This document shows positions 48,370 to 58,864 of a stretch of 64,000 bases of DNA, piece after piece. The notes beneath the pieces were generated by a model. The model did no database searches and was not told the DNA's origin. It saw only the letters and a program-made list of their open reading frames with translations. A program made the translations under genes and the position numbers. Location of the stretch: the NCBI GenBank assembly GCA_045565515.1, contig JBJLFF010000019.1, positions 46,960 through 110,959 on the forward strand, given 5' to 3'. This stretch comes from Candidatus Puniceispirillales bacterium (GTDB taxonomy: Bacteria > Pseudomonadota > Alphaproteobacteria > Puniceispirillales > GCA-002684695). Within the stretch, counting starts at the first letter, position 1; each line of letters starts with the position of its first letter.

Positions 48370-49476
48370 ATGATACCTTATATTTTAAGAAGATTATTGC
48401 TTATTATCCCAACTTTACTTGGAATAATTCTTATTAATTTCTTTCTTATTCAATTTGTACCGGGTGGACCTGTAGAACAAATTTTATCTGAAATGCAGGG
48501 TAATAATAATATTTTTGAAAATATTGCTGGCGGTACTGAGAATAAAAATCTTCAGGGTACTATGCAAAATGATGTGGGTGGATCATTTTCAGAAAAATAT
48601 ATTGGAGCAAGAGGTCTTCCAGATGATTTCATATTAGAACTAGAAAAACAGTTTGGCTTTGATAAACCTCCTATAGAAAGATTCTTTAATATGATTTGGA
48701 GTTATATTTTTTTTGATTTTGGAGAAAGTTATTTTAGGTCAATAAGTGTAATAGACTTGGTTATTGAAAAGCTTCCAGTATCAATAAGTTTAGGCCTTTG
48801 GACTACGCTGCTAGCATATTTTATTTCTATACCTCTTGGGATCCGAAAAGCGGTAAGCGATGGAAGTAAATTCGATACTTGGACTTCTGGTGCTATTATA
48901 GTGGGTTATGCAATCCCTGGTTTTCTATTTGCAATAATTTTATTAGTACTATTTTCTGGAGGCTCGTTCTTAAAGATTTTTCCTATCAGAGGTCTAACCT
49001 CTGAAAATTGGGAAAGTCTATCCATTTTTGGGAAAATATTAGACTACTTTTGGCATATATCTCTGCCAGTGATAGCTTCCTCAATTGCAGGTTTTGCGAC
49101 ATTAACACTTCTAACTAAGAATTCTTTTCTTGATGAAATAAATAAACAATATGTATTAACTGCAAAAGCTAAAGGCTTATCTGAAAAAAAAGTACTCTAC
49201 AATCATATTTTTCGAAACGCTATGTTAATTGTAATTGCTGGCTTTCCTGGTGCCTTTTTGAGTGTTTTTTTTGGTGCATCCCTTATAATCGAAACTATTT
49301 TCTCTCTAGATGGTCTGGGCAGGATGGGTTTTGAAGCAACTGTTGCAAGAGATTACCCAGTAATATTTGCGACATTATATGTTTTTGGGCTAATAGGTTT
49401 GCTTATAGGAATTTTATCAGATTTAATGTATATGTGGATAGATCCAAGAATTGATTTTGAATCTAGAGAAAACTGA
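48370..49476 (+). CDS. yejB: peptide ABC permease, YejB-like
   Basis: 368 aa. N-terminus MIPYILRRLLLIIPTLLGIILINFFLIQFVPGGP, then a long periplasmic insert before the permease core. Confidence 0.8.
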   Translation: MIPYILRRLLLIIPTLLGIILINFFLIQFVPGGPVEQILSEMQGNNNIFENIAGGTENKNLQGTMQNDVGGSFSEKYIGARGLPDDFILELEKQFGFDKPPIERFFNMIWSYIFFDFGESYFRSISVIDLVIEKLPVSISLGLWTTLLAYFISIPLGIRKAVSDGSKFDTWTSGAIIVGYAIPGFLFAIILLVLFSGGSFLKIFPIRGLTSENWESLSIFGKILDYFWHISLPVIASSIAGFATLTLLTKNSFLDEINKQYVLTAKAKGLSEKKVLYNHIFRNAMLIVIAGFPGAFLSVFFGASLIIETIFSLDGLGRMGFEATVARDYPVIFATLYVFGLIGLLIGILSDLMYMWIDPRIDFESREN

Positions 49477-50573
49477 TGCTCAATTCAAATCTTATAATTC
49501 GAAGAATTAATAATTTTAAATCTAATAAGAGGGCATTCTGGTCCCTAATCATTTTCTGCTTGCTATTTTTTATTTCACTTTTTTCTGAAATTATTGCCAA
49601 TGAACGTCCCCTACTAGCCAAATATAAAGATAACTATTATTTTCCTATCTTTAATTTTTATTCAGAAACTACATTTGGTGGAGATTTTAAAACTGAAGCC
49701 ATTTACAAAGATCTTGAGGTTCAATGTTTAATTATTTCTGGAGGCAAGGTTGATTGCTGGGATTTTCCAAAACTTATAATAGAAGAAGTTAACAATACAA
49801 AAAATTATCCAGAAAAAGGTCTTATTATTTGGGCACCAATTCCATATTCATATAATAGTATTAATGATTTAGATGGACCAGCACCATCACCACCGGACAA
49901 AAACCATTGGCTTGGAACAGATGACACATCTAGAGATGTACTTTCAAGAATAATTTATGGATTCCGACTTTCTGTTTTTTTTGCAATTGTTGTTACATTT
50001 ATATCTTCAGTAATAGGTATAATGGCTGGTGCAGTACAAGGTTACTTTGGTGGGTGGATTGATTTAATATTTCAAAGAATAATAGAAGTTTGGGGCGCCA
50101 CTCCATCTCTATATATCATAATAATTGTAGCAGCTATTTTACAAATGAATTTCTGGCTATTAGTAGTTTTGATGTCTTTGTTTTCTTGGACTGCACTAGT
50201 GGGTGTTGTAAGAGCTGAATTTTTGCGCGCAAGAAATTTTGAGTATGTAAGAGCAGCTAAAGCACTTGGTGTTTCAAACTTCAAAATTATGTATAGGCAT
50301 ATTTTACCTAATGCAATGGTTGCAACATTAACAATGCTTCCATTCATTGTAACAGGAGCAATTGGTTCCCTTGCAGCATTAGATTTTATAGGCTACGGAC
50401 TACCTTCATCGTATCCTTCATTGGGTGAATTAACACTCCAGGCTAAAAATAATTTACAGGCTCCATGGCTAGGGTTTTCTGCATTTTTTACTTTTGCTTT
50501 GATGCTTTCTTTATTAGTTTTTATTTTTGAAGGTATAAGGGACGCATTTGACCCTAGAAAGATTTTTAAATGA
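49476..50573 (+). CDS. yejE: peptide ABC permease, YejE-like
   Basis: 365 aa. WLGTDDTSRDVLSRIIYG block typical of DppC/YejE permeases. TGATG overlap with yejB. Confidence 0.8.
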   Translation: MLNSNLIIRRINNFKSNKRAFWSLIIFCLLFFISLFSEIIANERPLLAKYKDNYYFPIFNFYSETTFGGDFKTEAIYKDLEVQCLIISGGKVDCWDFPKLIIEEVNNTKNYPEKGLIIWAPIPYSYNSINDLDGPAPSPPDKNHWLGTDDTSRDVLSRIIYGFRLSVFFAIVVTFISSVIGIMAGAVQGYFGGWIDLIFQRIIEVWGATPSLYIIIIVAAILQMNFWLLVVLMSLFSWTALVGVVRAEFLRARNFEYVRAAKALGVSNFKIMYRHILPNAMVATLTMLPFIVTGAIGSLAALDFIGYGLPSSYPSLGELTLQAKNNLQAPWLGFSAFFTFALMLSLLVFIFEGIRDAFDPRKIFK

Positions 50574-52159
50574 TTGATAATGTTTTATCAATAAAGAACT
50601 TATCAATAAGTTTTAGAGAGCAAACAAAAAATAAAAAAGTTTTACATAACTCAAGTTTCAATCTTAAAAGGGGAAAAACATTATCCCTTGTTGGGGAAAG
50701 TGGATCTGGAAAATCCATAACATCTTTAGCTGTAGTATCTTTACTACCTAAGAATGCAATTATCAAAGGATCAATAACATATAATCAAAGGGAATTGATT
50801 GGTTTAGATGAAAATGAGTTGCAAACATTACGTGGCAACAAAATAAGTTTTATATTTCAAGAGCCTATGACATCTTTGAATCCCTTGCATACAATTGAAA
50901 AACAAATAGGAGAAAGTTTAGGATTTCATCAAAAGTTGTTTGGGGATGAAAGAAAGATTAAAATTATAGAGCTTTTAAAAAAAGTTAAAATCCCAAATCC
51001 AGAAACAAGGCTTCTTGACTACCCTCACCAATTATCTGGAGGTCAGAAACAACGCGTTATGATTGCAATGGCTCTAGCTAATAAACCTGATTTACTCATT
51101 GCAGATGAACCTACCACATCACTAGATGTGACTATTGAAAAAGAAATAATTTCATTGCTGATGGAACTCAAAGCATCAGAAAATATGTCTATGATATTTA
51201 TTACACATAATCTAAGGGTTGTAAAAGAGATCTCTGATGAAGTTTGTGTTATGCAAAATGGGGAAATTGTTGAGAAGGGATCAACAAAAAAAATTTTTAG
51301 TAATCCCGAGTCTGATTATACTAAAAAGCTCCTAAATTCATTACCTAAAGGGTTTAAAAAAATATCAAAAAAAGCAGTTAGTAATATATTAAAAATAAAA
51401 AATTTAAAAGTTTGGTTTCCGATAAAAAGAGGTCTTTTTAGAAGAACTGAAGGATTCATTAAAGCTGTTGATCAAATTTCATTTGATGTTAATGAAAATG
51501 AGACATTGGGCATAGTTGGAGAAAGTGGTTCAGGCAAAACTTCAGTAGCCCTAGCCATTTTGAAATTAATTAAGTCAGAGGGGTCGTTAGTTTTTAAAAA
51601 TCGTGATTTGAGAAAATTAAATAAAACAGAAAATTTACAATTCAGAAAGCATGCTCAAATAATTTTTCAAGACCCATATGGTTCTCTCTCTCCAAAAATG
51701 ACTATAGAGGAAATCATAGGAGAAGGCCTAGATATTCATGAAAAGCACAGTAAAAAATTAAGATATGAGATGATCTGCGGCATTCTGAATGAAGTGGGCT
51801 TAGAAAAAAGTATGTCATCCAGATTTCCGCATGAGTTTTCAGGTGGACAAAGACAAAGGATAGCAATAGCAAGAGCTTTGATACTTAAACCAAGTCTTTT
51901 AATCTTGGATGAGCCAACTTCAGCTCTTGACGTATCGGTTCAGTTACAAGTTATTCAGTTATTGCAATCTCTCCAAAAAAAATATGCTTTATCTTATATT
52001 TTTATAAGTCATGACATAGCTTTAATTCGTTCAGTAAGTGATAAAATTATTATTATGAATAATGGAGCAATTGTTGATGAAGGCGATACAAAATCTTTGT
52101 TTTCTAAACCTAAGTCTTTATATACAAAAAAACTTATCCGTGCCTCTAATATAGCCTAG
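50570..52159 (+). CDS. yejF: fused double ATP-binding-cassette protein, YejF-like
   Basis: 529 aa with two cassettes. Walker A GESGSGKS occurs twice, and the signatures are LSGGQKQRV and FSGGQRQRI. Confidence 0.85.
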   Translation: MIDNVLSIKNLSISFREQTKNKKVLHNSSFNLKRGKTLSLVGESGSGKSITSLAVVSLLPKNAIIKGSITYNQRELIGLDENELQTLRGNKISFIFQEPMTSLNPLHTIEKQIGESLGFHQKLFGDERKIKIIELLKKVKIPNPETRLLDYPHQLSGGQKQRVMIAMALANKPDLLIADEPTTSLDVTIEKEIISLLMELKASENMSMIFITHNLRVVKEISDEVCVMQNGEIVEKGSTKKIFSNPESDYTKKLLNSLPKGFKKISKKAVSNILKIKNLKVWFPIKRGLFRRTEGFIKAVDQISFDVNENETLGIVGESGSGKTSVALAILKLIKSEGSLVFKNRDLRKLNKTENLQFRKHAQIIFQDPYGSLSPKMTIEEIIGEGLDIHEKHSKKLRYEMICGILNEVGLEKSMSSRFPHEFSGGQRQRIAIARALILKPSLLILDEPTSALDVSVQLQVIQLLQSLQKKYALSYIFISHDIALIRSVSDKIIIMNNGAIVDEGDTKSLFSKPKSLYTKKLIRASNIA

Positions 52160-52201
52160 CTAAGTAAATACTAATTAATTATTACAAATAGATTGCTTGG
52201 T

Positions 52202-52216
52202 ATGCATATTTTGCAT
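52202..52216. promoter_or_regulatory. LysR-type T-N11-A dyad upstream of the LysR gene
   Basis: ATGCA-tattt-TGCAT is a perfect 5-bp inverted repeat fitting T-N11-A. A third TGCATATT copy lies at 52247-52254. The site is 57-71 nt upstream of the ATG at 52273. Confidence 0.5.
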
Positions 52217-52272
52217 ATTAAGTATTTATAATTGATATTTATTTTTTGCATATTAATGAATTAAGTATAATT

Positions 52273-53184
52273 ATGAAATGGGATAGATTAAGATTATTTA
52301 ACGTAGTTGCACAAGCGAAAAGCTTAACTGATTCTGCAGCTCTTTTAAATATTAGTCAATCAGCTTTAAGTAGACAAATGCAATCACTTGAGCATGAAGT
52401 TGGCAATAGACTATTCGTAAGAAGATCACGTGGAATTGAACTTACTCCTGCTGGAATTCAAGTAGCTGAAGCTGCTAAAAAACTTTCTCAAAGCATCGAA
52501 GATGTAAACCAAAAATTAATATCTGATCAAACGGTACCAAACGGTAAATTAAGAGTTTATGCTACAAATGCTTTTGGATCTCTATGGTTGGCGCCACGCA
52601 TGGGTGCTTTTTTAGATAAGTATCCAGAAATTTCTCTTGCACTTAGCTTGAGAGATGCAGAGCCTAAGGTTTCACCCTCTCAACCACATGCCGAAATCCG
52701 GATGACACCAATAAAAACACAAGATTACATTCAAATCAAATTAGCAACATTTCAATATAAAATTTTTGCTTCTACATCATACTTAAAAGAAAAAGGTGTT
52801 CCTTCAACTGAAAGGGAATTGGATAATCATAAAATCATTTCATATGGTGAGGATGCTCAACCACCTTTAGATAAGAAAAGGCTAAATTGGTTATTGTGGC
52901 AAGGCAAAGAGAATGTTTCAAGAGTTCCATGTCTTGAAATAAGTAGTATATATGGATTGGCAAAATGCGTTGAAGCTGGTTTAGGAATAGCAAGCTTACC
53001 TGGATGGATGAATGATGAAACTAATAACTTATTTGAAGTTTTAAAAGATTTAAATGGCCCAACTTTAGACATTACTTTTTGTTATCACGAACAAATGAGA
53101 GATGACCCTAGGATTATTGCTTTGAAAGATTACTTACAAAGTTTAATAAGGGACGACCTGAGTAAATTCTCAAATACTTTATGA
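52273..53184 (+). CDS. LysR-family transcriptional regulator
   Basis: Starts MKWDRLRLFNVVAQAKSLTDSAALLNISQSALSRQMQSLE (winged HTH). The track start at 52246 is TTG inside the putative operator, so I prefer the ATG at 52273. Confidence 0.9.
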   Translation: MKWDRLRLFNVVAQAKSLTDSAALLNISQSALSRQMQSLEHEVGNRLFVRRSRGIELTPAGIQVAEAAKKLSQSIEDVNQKLISDQTVPNGKLRVYATNAFGSLWLAPRMGAFLDKYPEISLALSLRDAEPKVSPSQPHAEIRMTPIKTQDYIQIKLATFQYKIFASTSYLKEKGVPSTERELDNHKIISYGEDAQPPLDKKRLNWLLWQGKENVSRVPCLEISSIYGLAKCVEAGLGIASLPGWMNDETNNLFEVLKDLNGPTLDITFCYHEQMRDDPRIIALKDYLQSLIRDDLSKFSNTL

Positions 53185-54195
53185 TTATAACTTTTCAATA
53201 TCTTGCCAAGTTGGAAGTAAATCATTTTTTTCAGACTTTGCTTCGTAAACCCCTCTTGCAATTGCTCTTGATAAGCAAATAGCAGCAGCATTTCCAATGT
53301 TATAAATATCACTAGGCTCTATCTTAATTTTTTTTCTACCAGTTGAAGCGGCAAAAATTAAATCACCGTCATAAGGTGTATGTGAAGGTAAAATTGCTCT
53401 GGACATTCCATCATGAGCAGCAACAGAAACTCTTTTTAGTTCTACTTTCGATAAATCTAGATCTGTAGCCACTATGGCTATTGTAGTATTATCAATTGAA
53501 AAAGTATCCTTTCTAGCATCATCACCCCGACGATATTCAGTAAAAATATTTTTTGGTAAAATAAATTCCTTTCCTCCAAATTCATCTCCAATTTCAAATG
53601 GTGAGGCCCAAAATGAATTACTACCATCTGTGACAACTGAACCACTTGGGTTAACTGCAACTAATGCTCCAACTGTTGCACCATTACCAAGAACAATTGA
53701 TGCAGAACCTAATCCGCCTTTAAGATTACTTGTTGTGGCTCCATAACCAGCTCCTACAGTCCCTATTTTAAAAGAATCACTAATTGATTTAAATGCAAGT
53801 TTACCTAAATTTCTATATGGATTTTCTTTCCATTGATCATCACCACCATTAAATAAATCAGCGAGTATTGCACTTGGAACTATTGGAATATTGATATCTT
53901 TTAGAGGATAACCCCTATTTTCTTTTCTTAAACAATCTACAACTCCTGTAGCAGCATCAAGACCAAATGCAGAACCACCAGAAAGAACAATAGCATCTAT
54001 TTTTTCAACTAGTTTATCACTTTCCAAAAGATCTGTTTCTCTTGTTCCTGGAGCACCCCCAAGAACTGTAACAGCAGCTGCAAATCTTTTATCAGAAGTA
54101 AAAACAGTCACACCACTTTTCATGATTTCATCATGCGAATTACCAATCAATACCCCAGTTACATCAGTTATGAGATTTTTTTTTCCTACTTTCAT
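53185..54195 (-). CDS. DmpA/peptidase S58 family aminopeptidase
   Basis: NLITDVTGVLIGNSHD and LSGGSAFGLDAATGV blocks. The ATG at 54195 forms an ATGA overlap with the SDR stop. The track start at 54201 is GTG. Confidence 0.85.
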   Translation of the reverse strand: MKVGKKNLITDVTGVLIGNSHDEIMKSGVTVFTSDKRFAAAVTVLGGAPGTRETDLLESDKLVEKIDAIVLSGGSAFGLDAATGVVDCLRKENRGYPLKDINIPIVPSAILADLFNGGDDQWKENPYRNLGKLAFKSISDSFKIGTVGAGYGATTSNLKGGLGSASIVLGNGATVGALVAVNPSGSVVTDGSNSFWASPFEIGDEFGGKEFILPKNIFTEYRRGDDARKDTFSIDNTTIAIVATDLDLSKVELKRVSVAAHDGMSRAILPSHTPYDGDLIFAASTGRKKIKIEPSDIYNIGNAAAICLSRAIARGVYEAKSEKNDLLPTWQDIEKL

Positions 54196-54938
54196 ATACA
54201 CCTTCCTCCATCAACTTCTAGTGCAACACCTGTAATCATACTTGCTTTTTCAGAACATAGAAAAACAGCTGCATTGCCCATATCTTCTGGAGTTGAGAAT
54301 CTCCCCAACGGAATTGTTGATAAAAATTTTTGTCTGATTTCAGGCGTATCTTCACCCATAAACGTTTTTAATAAAGGCGTCTCACCTGCTACTGGATTAA
54401 TTGCATTTACTCTAATTTTAAATGGTGCGAGCTCTATTGCTAGAGATTTAGTAGCAGTAATCATCCATCCTTTAGTAGCATTATACCATGTTAATCTTGG
54501 TCTGGGGCTAATACCTGCAGTTGAAGCTATGTTCAATATAACTCCTGATTTTCTTTTTTTCATTTCAGGAACAAAAGCTTTTGACATCAGAAAAACTGAT
54601 TTTACATTAACATTGAGAACCTTTTCAAACTCCTCATAAGAGATATTTTCAATAAAATCTGGCATATGAGTTATACCTGCATTATTCACAATAATATCAG
54701 GATGACCAAATATCTTTTTTGCTTCATTTTTCAAATTTTCAATACTTTTTAAATTAGAAACATCGGTATTTATTGAGTATGCACTTTGACCAAGTTTATC
54801 TGCCTCCTGTTCAGCTAAATCAGCATTTCTATCAGCAATTATTACTTTAGCACCATTATTAATAAATTTCTGCACAATGCCTAAACCAAATCCAGATGCT
54901 CCACCTGTTACAATAATATTTTTTTTATTTAGTTCCAT
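54192..54938 (-). CDS. short-chain dehydrogenase/reductase
   Basis: 248 aa. TGGASGFGLG cofactor motif, NNAG block and catalytic YNATK (YxxxK). Confidence 0.92.
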   Translation of the reverse strand: MELNKKNIIVTGGASGFGLGIVQKFINNGAKVIIADRNADLAEQEADKLGQSAYSINTDVSNLKSIENLKNEAKKIFGHPDIIVNNAGITHMPDFIENISYEEFEKVLNVNVKSVFLMSKAFVPEMKKRKSGVILNIASTAGISPRPRLTWYNATKGWMITATKSLAIELAPFKIRVNAINPVAGETPLLKTFMGEDTPEIRQKFLSTIPLGRFSTPEDMGNAAVFLCSEKASMITGVALEVDGGRCI

Positions 54939-54940
54939 TT

Positions 54941-56407
54941 TTACCCATGATTGATTGCTATTGTTTTAATCGTTGAAAAACTATTCAGTGCTTCAAATCC
55001 CTTTTCTCTTCCATAACCTGAGTGACCTGTTCCCCCAAAAGGTAGTTCTACTCCTCCACCAGCTCCATAGTTATTAATAAAAACTTGACCTGCTTTTATT
55101 TTTTTTGCCATTCTCAATTGACGTGAACCATCATTTGTCCAAATACCCGCAACTAAACCAAATTTGGTTCCGTTTGCAATTTTAATGGCCTCCTCCTCGT
55201 CATCAAAAGGTATTAAAACTTGAACTGGACCAAATATTTCTTCTTGAGCAAGTGCATGACTGGGGTCAACCATTCCAAATAAAGTAGGAGAAATAAAAGA
55301 CCCATTTTCTAATTTGTCATTTATTTTTAATTCAGCTATTTTTTTCAAATCTAAACCTAAATTCAAATATTTTTGAACCATATTTACTTGTTTTTTAGAA
55401 ATCAAAGGACCTAAATCAAAGTCTTGAATAGCAGGGCCTACAGTCAAATTTTTATATTCATCAGCTAAGGCCTTTTCAACTTTAGTATAAATTGATCTTT
55501 GAATTAATATTCGCGATGAAGCAGAACAGGTTTGCCCTGCATTTTGAAGCCCAGCTTTTATAAGAAAAGGTATGGCTTGACTAATATTTGCATCTGAAAA
55601 GACTATCTGTGGAGATTTTCCACCCAATTCTAATGTAACTGGTACAATATTTTCAGCGGCGTTTTTCTGAATTTTTGTACCAACTGGAACTGAGCCTGTA
55701 AAAGATATATGATTTATTCCAGAATGTTTACTTAATATTTCTCCTGTTTCACTTCCATACCCAGTAACAACATTTAATGCACCTTTTGGAAGGTTAGCCT
55801 CTCTACATATATCTGCAAATGCAAGCGCTGTTAAGCAAGCATCTTCAGATGGTTTTAAAACTACAGCATTCCCCATTGTCAAAGCACCTATTACTGAACG
55901 ACCAATAATTTGCATTGGATAATTCCATGGAATTATATGAGCAGTTACACCATGAGGTTCTCTAAGAGTATATACCGTATAACCATTCTGATACGGAATA
56001 GTCTCACCATGTATTTTATCAGCAGCTCCTGAATAAAACTCTAAATACCTTGCTAAAGCTATTGCATCAGCTTTGGATTGTGATAATGGCTTGCCAACAT
56101 CAATTGACTCAATTCTTGAAAGGAGATCAATTTTATCCTTAACAAGGAAACCAATTTTTTGAAGAATCCTTCCCCTTTCAAGTGCAGTAAATTGCCCCCA
56201 CTCACCATCAAGCGAATGCCTCGCTGCTGAAACAGCTAAATTGACATCCTGATCAGAGCATCTTGCTATTCTACATATTTCTTTACCACTTGAGGGATTT
56301 AATAAAGGTAAGTAATTATTTGAATTGGGATCCTGCCAGACACCGTTAATAAAACATTTTTGAGGATCGAACCATATTAATTTTTTTAAATTATCTAAAT
56401 TGTCCAT
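54941..56407 (-). CDS. NAD(P)-dependent aldehyde dehydrogenase
   Basis: 488 aa. ELGGKSP block and catalytic Cys block GQTCSASSRIL. Confidence 0.92.
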   Translation of the reverse strand: MDNLDNLKKLIWFDPQKCFINGVWQDPNSNNYLPLLNPSSGKEICRIARCSDQDVNLAVSAARHSLDGEWGQFTALERGRILQKIGFLVKDKIDLLSRIESIDVGKPLSQSKADAIALARYLEFYSGAADKIHGETIPYQNGYTVYTLREPHGVTAHIIPWNYPMQIIGRSVIGALTMGNAVVLKPSEDACLTALAFADICREANLPKGALNVVTGYGSETGEILSKHSGINHISFTGSVPVGTKIQKNAAENIVPVTLELGGKSPQIVFSDANISQAIPFLIKAGLQNAGQTCSASSRILIQRSIYTKVEKALADEYKNLTVGPAIQDFDLGPLISKKQVNMVQKYLNLGLDLKKIAELKINDKLENGSFISPTLFGMVDPSHALAQEEIFGPVQVLIPFDDEEEAIKIANGTKFGLVAGIWTNDGSRQLRMAKKIKAGQVFINNYGAGGGVELPFGGTGHSGYGREKGFEALNSFSTIKTIAINHG

Positions 56408-56413
56408 TTTCTG

Positions 56414-58009
56414 TCACAAGTTCCTAATAGCATTCTCTAAGTTTGGTGATGATTCAAGAAGATTTTTAGTATATTGATGGGATGGTGAGTTAAATATTTC
56501 TTTTGTATTTCCAGCCTCTACTATTTCTCCTGATCTCATTACTAACACTCTGGATGTTATAGATTTCACTAAAGATAAATCATGACTAATAAAAAGATAA
56601 GATAGGCCAAAACTTTCTGATAATTCAACTAGTAAATCTAAAATTTGAGCTCTTATTGAAACATCTAAAGCTGAGACTGCCTCATCAAGTATTATTAATT
56701 TTGGTTTCAAAATTAAAGATCTTGCAATTGCAATTCTTTGTCTCTGCCCTCCCGAAAACTCATGTATGAACTTTTTATAATCACTAGGTTTTAATCCTAC
56801 ACGTTGAAGCAATTCTTTGACCATATCTAATTTTTGAGTATCACTTGTTTTTCGGTTCTCTAGATATAAAGGCTCAGAAACAAGTTTAAGTACATTATGT
56901 CTTGGATTAAATGAGCCAAATGGATCCTGAAAAACAACTTGAACTTTCTTACGTATTTTATTATCAACTTTTTCTGATCTAATCTCATCATTTTCTAAAA
57001 ATATTTTTCCATTAGAAATAGGATCCAGACCTAATATAGCTCTCGTAATCGTTGATTTCCCACACCCACTTTCACCAACTAAACCAACATTTTCATTGTA
57101 TTTAATAGAAAAAGATACATTTCTCACCGCATTAAAAGAGCTTCTTTTACCAAAAAATTTGAATGAATTATCCTGATAATCTCTACTGATATTATCAACT
57201 TTTAACAGTAATTTACCTGTAGCCACTTTTTTTAATTTTTTTGACTTATAGTTGCTAGCTATTAGTAAATTCTTACTATATTTATTTTTTAACCCATTGT
57301 TTAATATATTTATTTTACCTTTTTCTACAATTTCTCCGTCTTTCATTATAATTATGTTGTTTGCCATTTCAGCAATTACAGATAGATCATGAGTAATCAT
57401 TAACAAACATAGATTATCTTCAATAACCAAATCTTTTAGTAATTTAATTAATTTTGCTTGTGTTGTAACATCTAATGCAGTTGAAGGTTCGTCAGCTATT
57501 AGTAATTTTGGCTTTATTGCAATTGCCATAGCAATAACAACTCTCTGCCTCTGGCCACCGGAAAGTTCATAAGGAAACCTAGTTAAAGGAAAATCTTTTT
57601 GGGGCAAACCTACCCTTTCTAAAATTTTTGCTGCCTTTTCTATTGCATCTTTAGAACTCATATTTAAATGTATCCTGATAACTTCTGCGACCTGATCTCC
57701 AATATTCTTTAAAGGATTTAAAGCTGTCATCGGCTCCTGAAAAATAAAACCTATATCTTTTCCTCTTATTTGACACATTTCCATTTCAGAAGTTTCTAAT
57801 AAATTTTTTTGATTAAATATTATTTCGCCACTTAATTGTGATCCATTAGGTAATAGTTTAATAATTGAGTTTGCTGTCATGGATTTACCAGAACCACTTT
57901 CTCCAATTATTCCTAAAATTTCTCCGGAAGCAGCTTCAAAATTTAAACTTTTCAAAATAATGTTATTATTAATGTTTAAATTAAGATTTTTTATTTTAAT
58001 AAGTGTCAT
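56414..58009 (-). CDS. fused double ABC ATPase of a peptide/opine-type importer (DppD/DppF-like)
   Basis: 531 aa. Walker A motifs GESGSGKS and GESGCGKS. The signature LSGGQRQR/FSGGQRQR occurs twice. Confidence 0.9.
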   Translation of the reverse strand: MTLIKIKNLNLNINNNIILKSLNFEAASGEILGIIGESGSGKSMTANSIIKLLPNGSQLSGEIIFNQKNLLETSEMEMCQIRGKDIGFIFQEPMTALNPLKNIGDQVAEVIRIHLNMSSKDAIEKAAKILERVGLPQKDFPLTRFPYELSGGQRQRVVIAMAIAIKPKLLIADEPSTALDVTTQAKLIKLLKDLVIEDNLCLLMITHDLSVIAEMANNIIIMKDGEIVEKGKINILNNGLKNKYSKNLLIASNYKSKKLKKVATGKLLLKVDNISRDYQDNSFKFFGKRSSFNAVRNVSFSIKYNENVGLVGESGCGKSTITRAILGLDPISNGKIFLENDEIRSEKVDNKIRKKVQVVFQDPFGSFNPRHNVLKLVSEPLYLENRKTSDTQKLDMVKELLQRVGLKPSDYKKFIHEFSGGQRQRIAIARSLILKPKLIILDEAVSALDVSIRAQILDLLVELSESFGLSYLFISHDLSLVKSITSRVLVMRSGEIVEAGNTKEIFNSPSHQYTKNLLESSPNLENAIRNL

Positions 58010-58864
58010 TTACTTTAAGCCTATCAATTTTGGATCAAAGTAATCTCTCAATCCATCACCCATTAAGTTTAAACCTAAAACTGTAATCACAATAACCATG
58101 CCAGGGAAAATAGCCATATGAGGTGCAATAGAAATCATAGTTTGGCTGTCAGCTAACATTCGTCCTAAACTTGGTATAGGTGGTTGGGCTCCTAATCCTA
58201 CATAAGATAATGCAGCTTCTGCCAGTATTCCCAAAGAAAATTGAATTGTAGCTTGGACTATGAGTAAATTTAATATGTTGGGAATTATGTGTTCAATCGA
58301 AATTAATAAAGACCCTTTCCCTGCAACTTTTGCCGCCAAAATATATTCTTTTGACCATTGAGTAAGAGCTGCTCCTCTAGCAACTCTTGCAAAAACTGGT
58401 ATGTTAAAAATTCCAATTGCAATAATTGCATTAAATGCACCTGGGCCCAATACAGCTGTTATTAAAATTGCGATAATTAGTGCTGGAAAAGCAAATATCA
58501 GATCATTAAACCTCATAACTAAATCGTCAAAAAAGGTGCCTCTTTTTGCTGCAGCAATCATTCCTAAAGGCAAACCAAATATGATTCCGATGCTAACAGC
58601 AACCAACGCAACAGCAATCGAAGTCTGAGCACCAACCATTATCATGGACAGAATATCTCTACCAAAATGATCAGTACCTAAAATATTTTCTAAGGAAGGG
58701 GTTTTAAATCTATTGCTTATTTCAAGAATAGTAACATCATAAGGTGTCCAAAAAAAAGAGAGTATCGCCAAAGAAAAAATACTAAGTACACATAATGATC
58801 CAATCCAGAAACTAAATGAAAAATCTGATTTAAATATTTTTCTATTTTTAAGGGTTGGAATCAT
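58010..58864 (-). CDS. peptide-type ABC permease (DppC-like)
   Basis: 284 aa. LGTDHFGRDILSMIMVG block. The ATPase gene follows with no intervening bases (permease stop at 58010, ATPase start at 58009). Confidence 0.88.
   Translation of the reverse strand: MIPTLKNRKIFKSDFSFSFWIGSLCVLSIFSLAILSFFWTPYDVTILEISNRFKTPSLENILGTDHFGRDILSMIMVGAQTSIAVALVAVSIGIIFGLPLGMIAAAKRGTFFDDLVMRFNDLIFAFPALIIAILITAVLGPGAFNAIIAIGIFNIPVFARVARGAALTQWSKEYILAAKVAGKGSLLISIEHIIPNILNLLIVQATIQFSLGILAEAALSYVGLGAQPPIPSLGRMLADSQTMISIAPHMAIFPGMVIVITVLGLNLMGDGLRDYFDPKLIGLK

Noticed and set aside
50072-50766. Minus-strand ORFs 50072-50347 and 50566-50766
   Set aside because: They are antisense to yejE and yejF and have no supporting signals.
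52857-54639. ORFs 52857-53072(-), 53130-53312(-), 53474-53746(+), 53478-53660(-) and 54133-54639(+)
   Set aside because: Each is antisense to, or in an alternative frame of, the LysR, DmpA and SDR genes, all of which carry family motifs.
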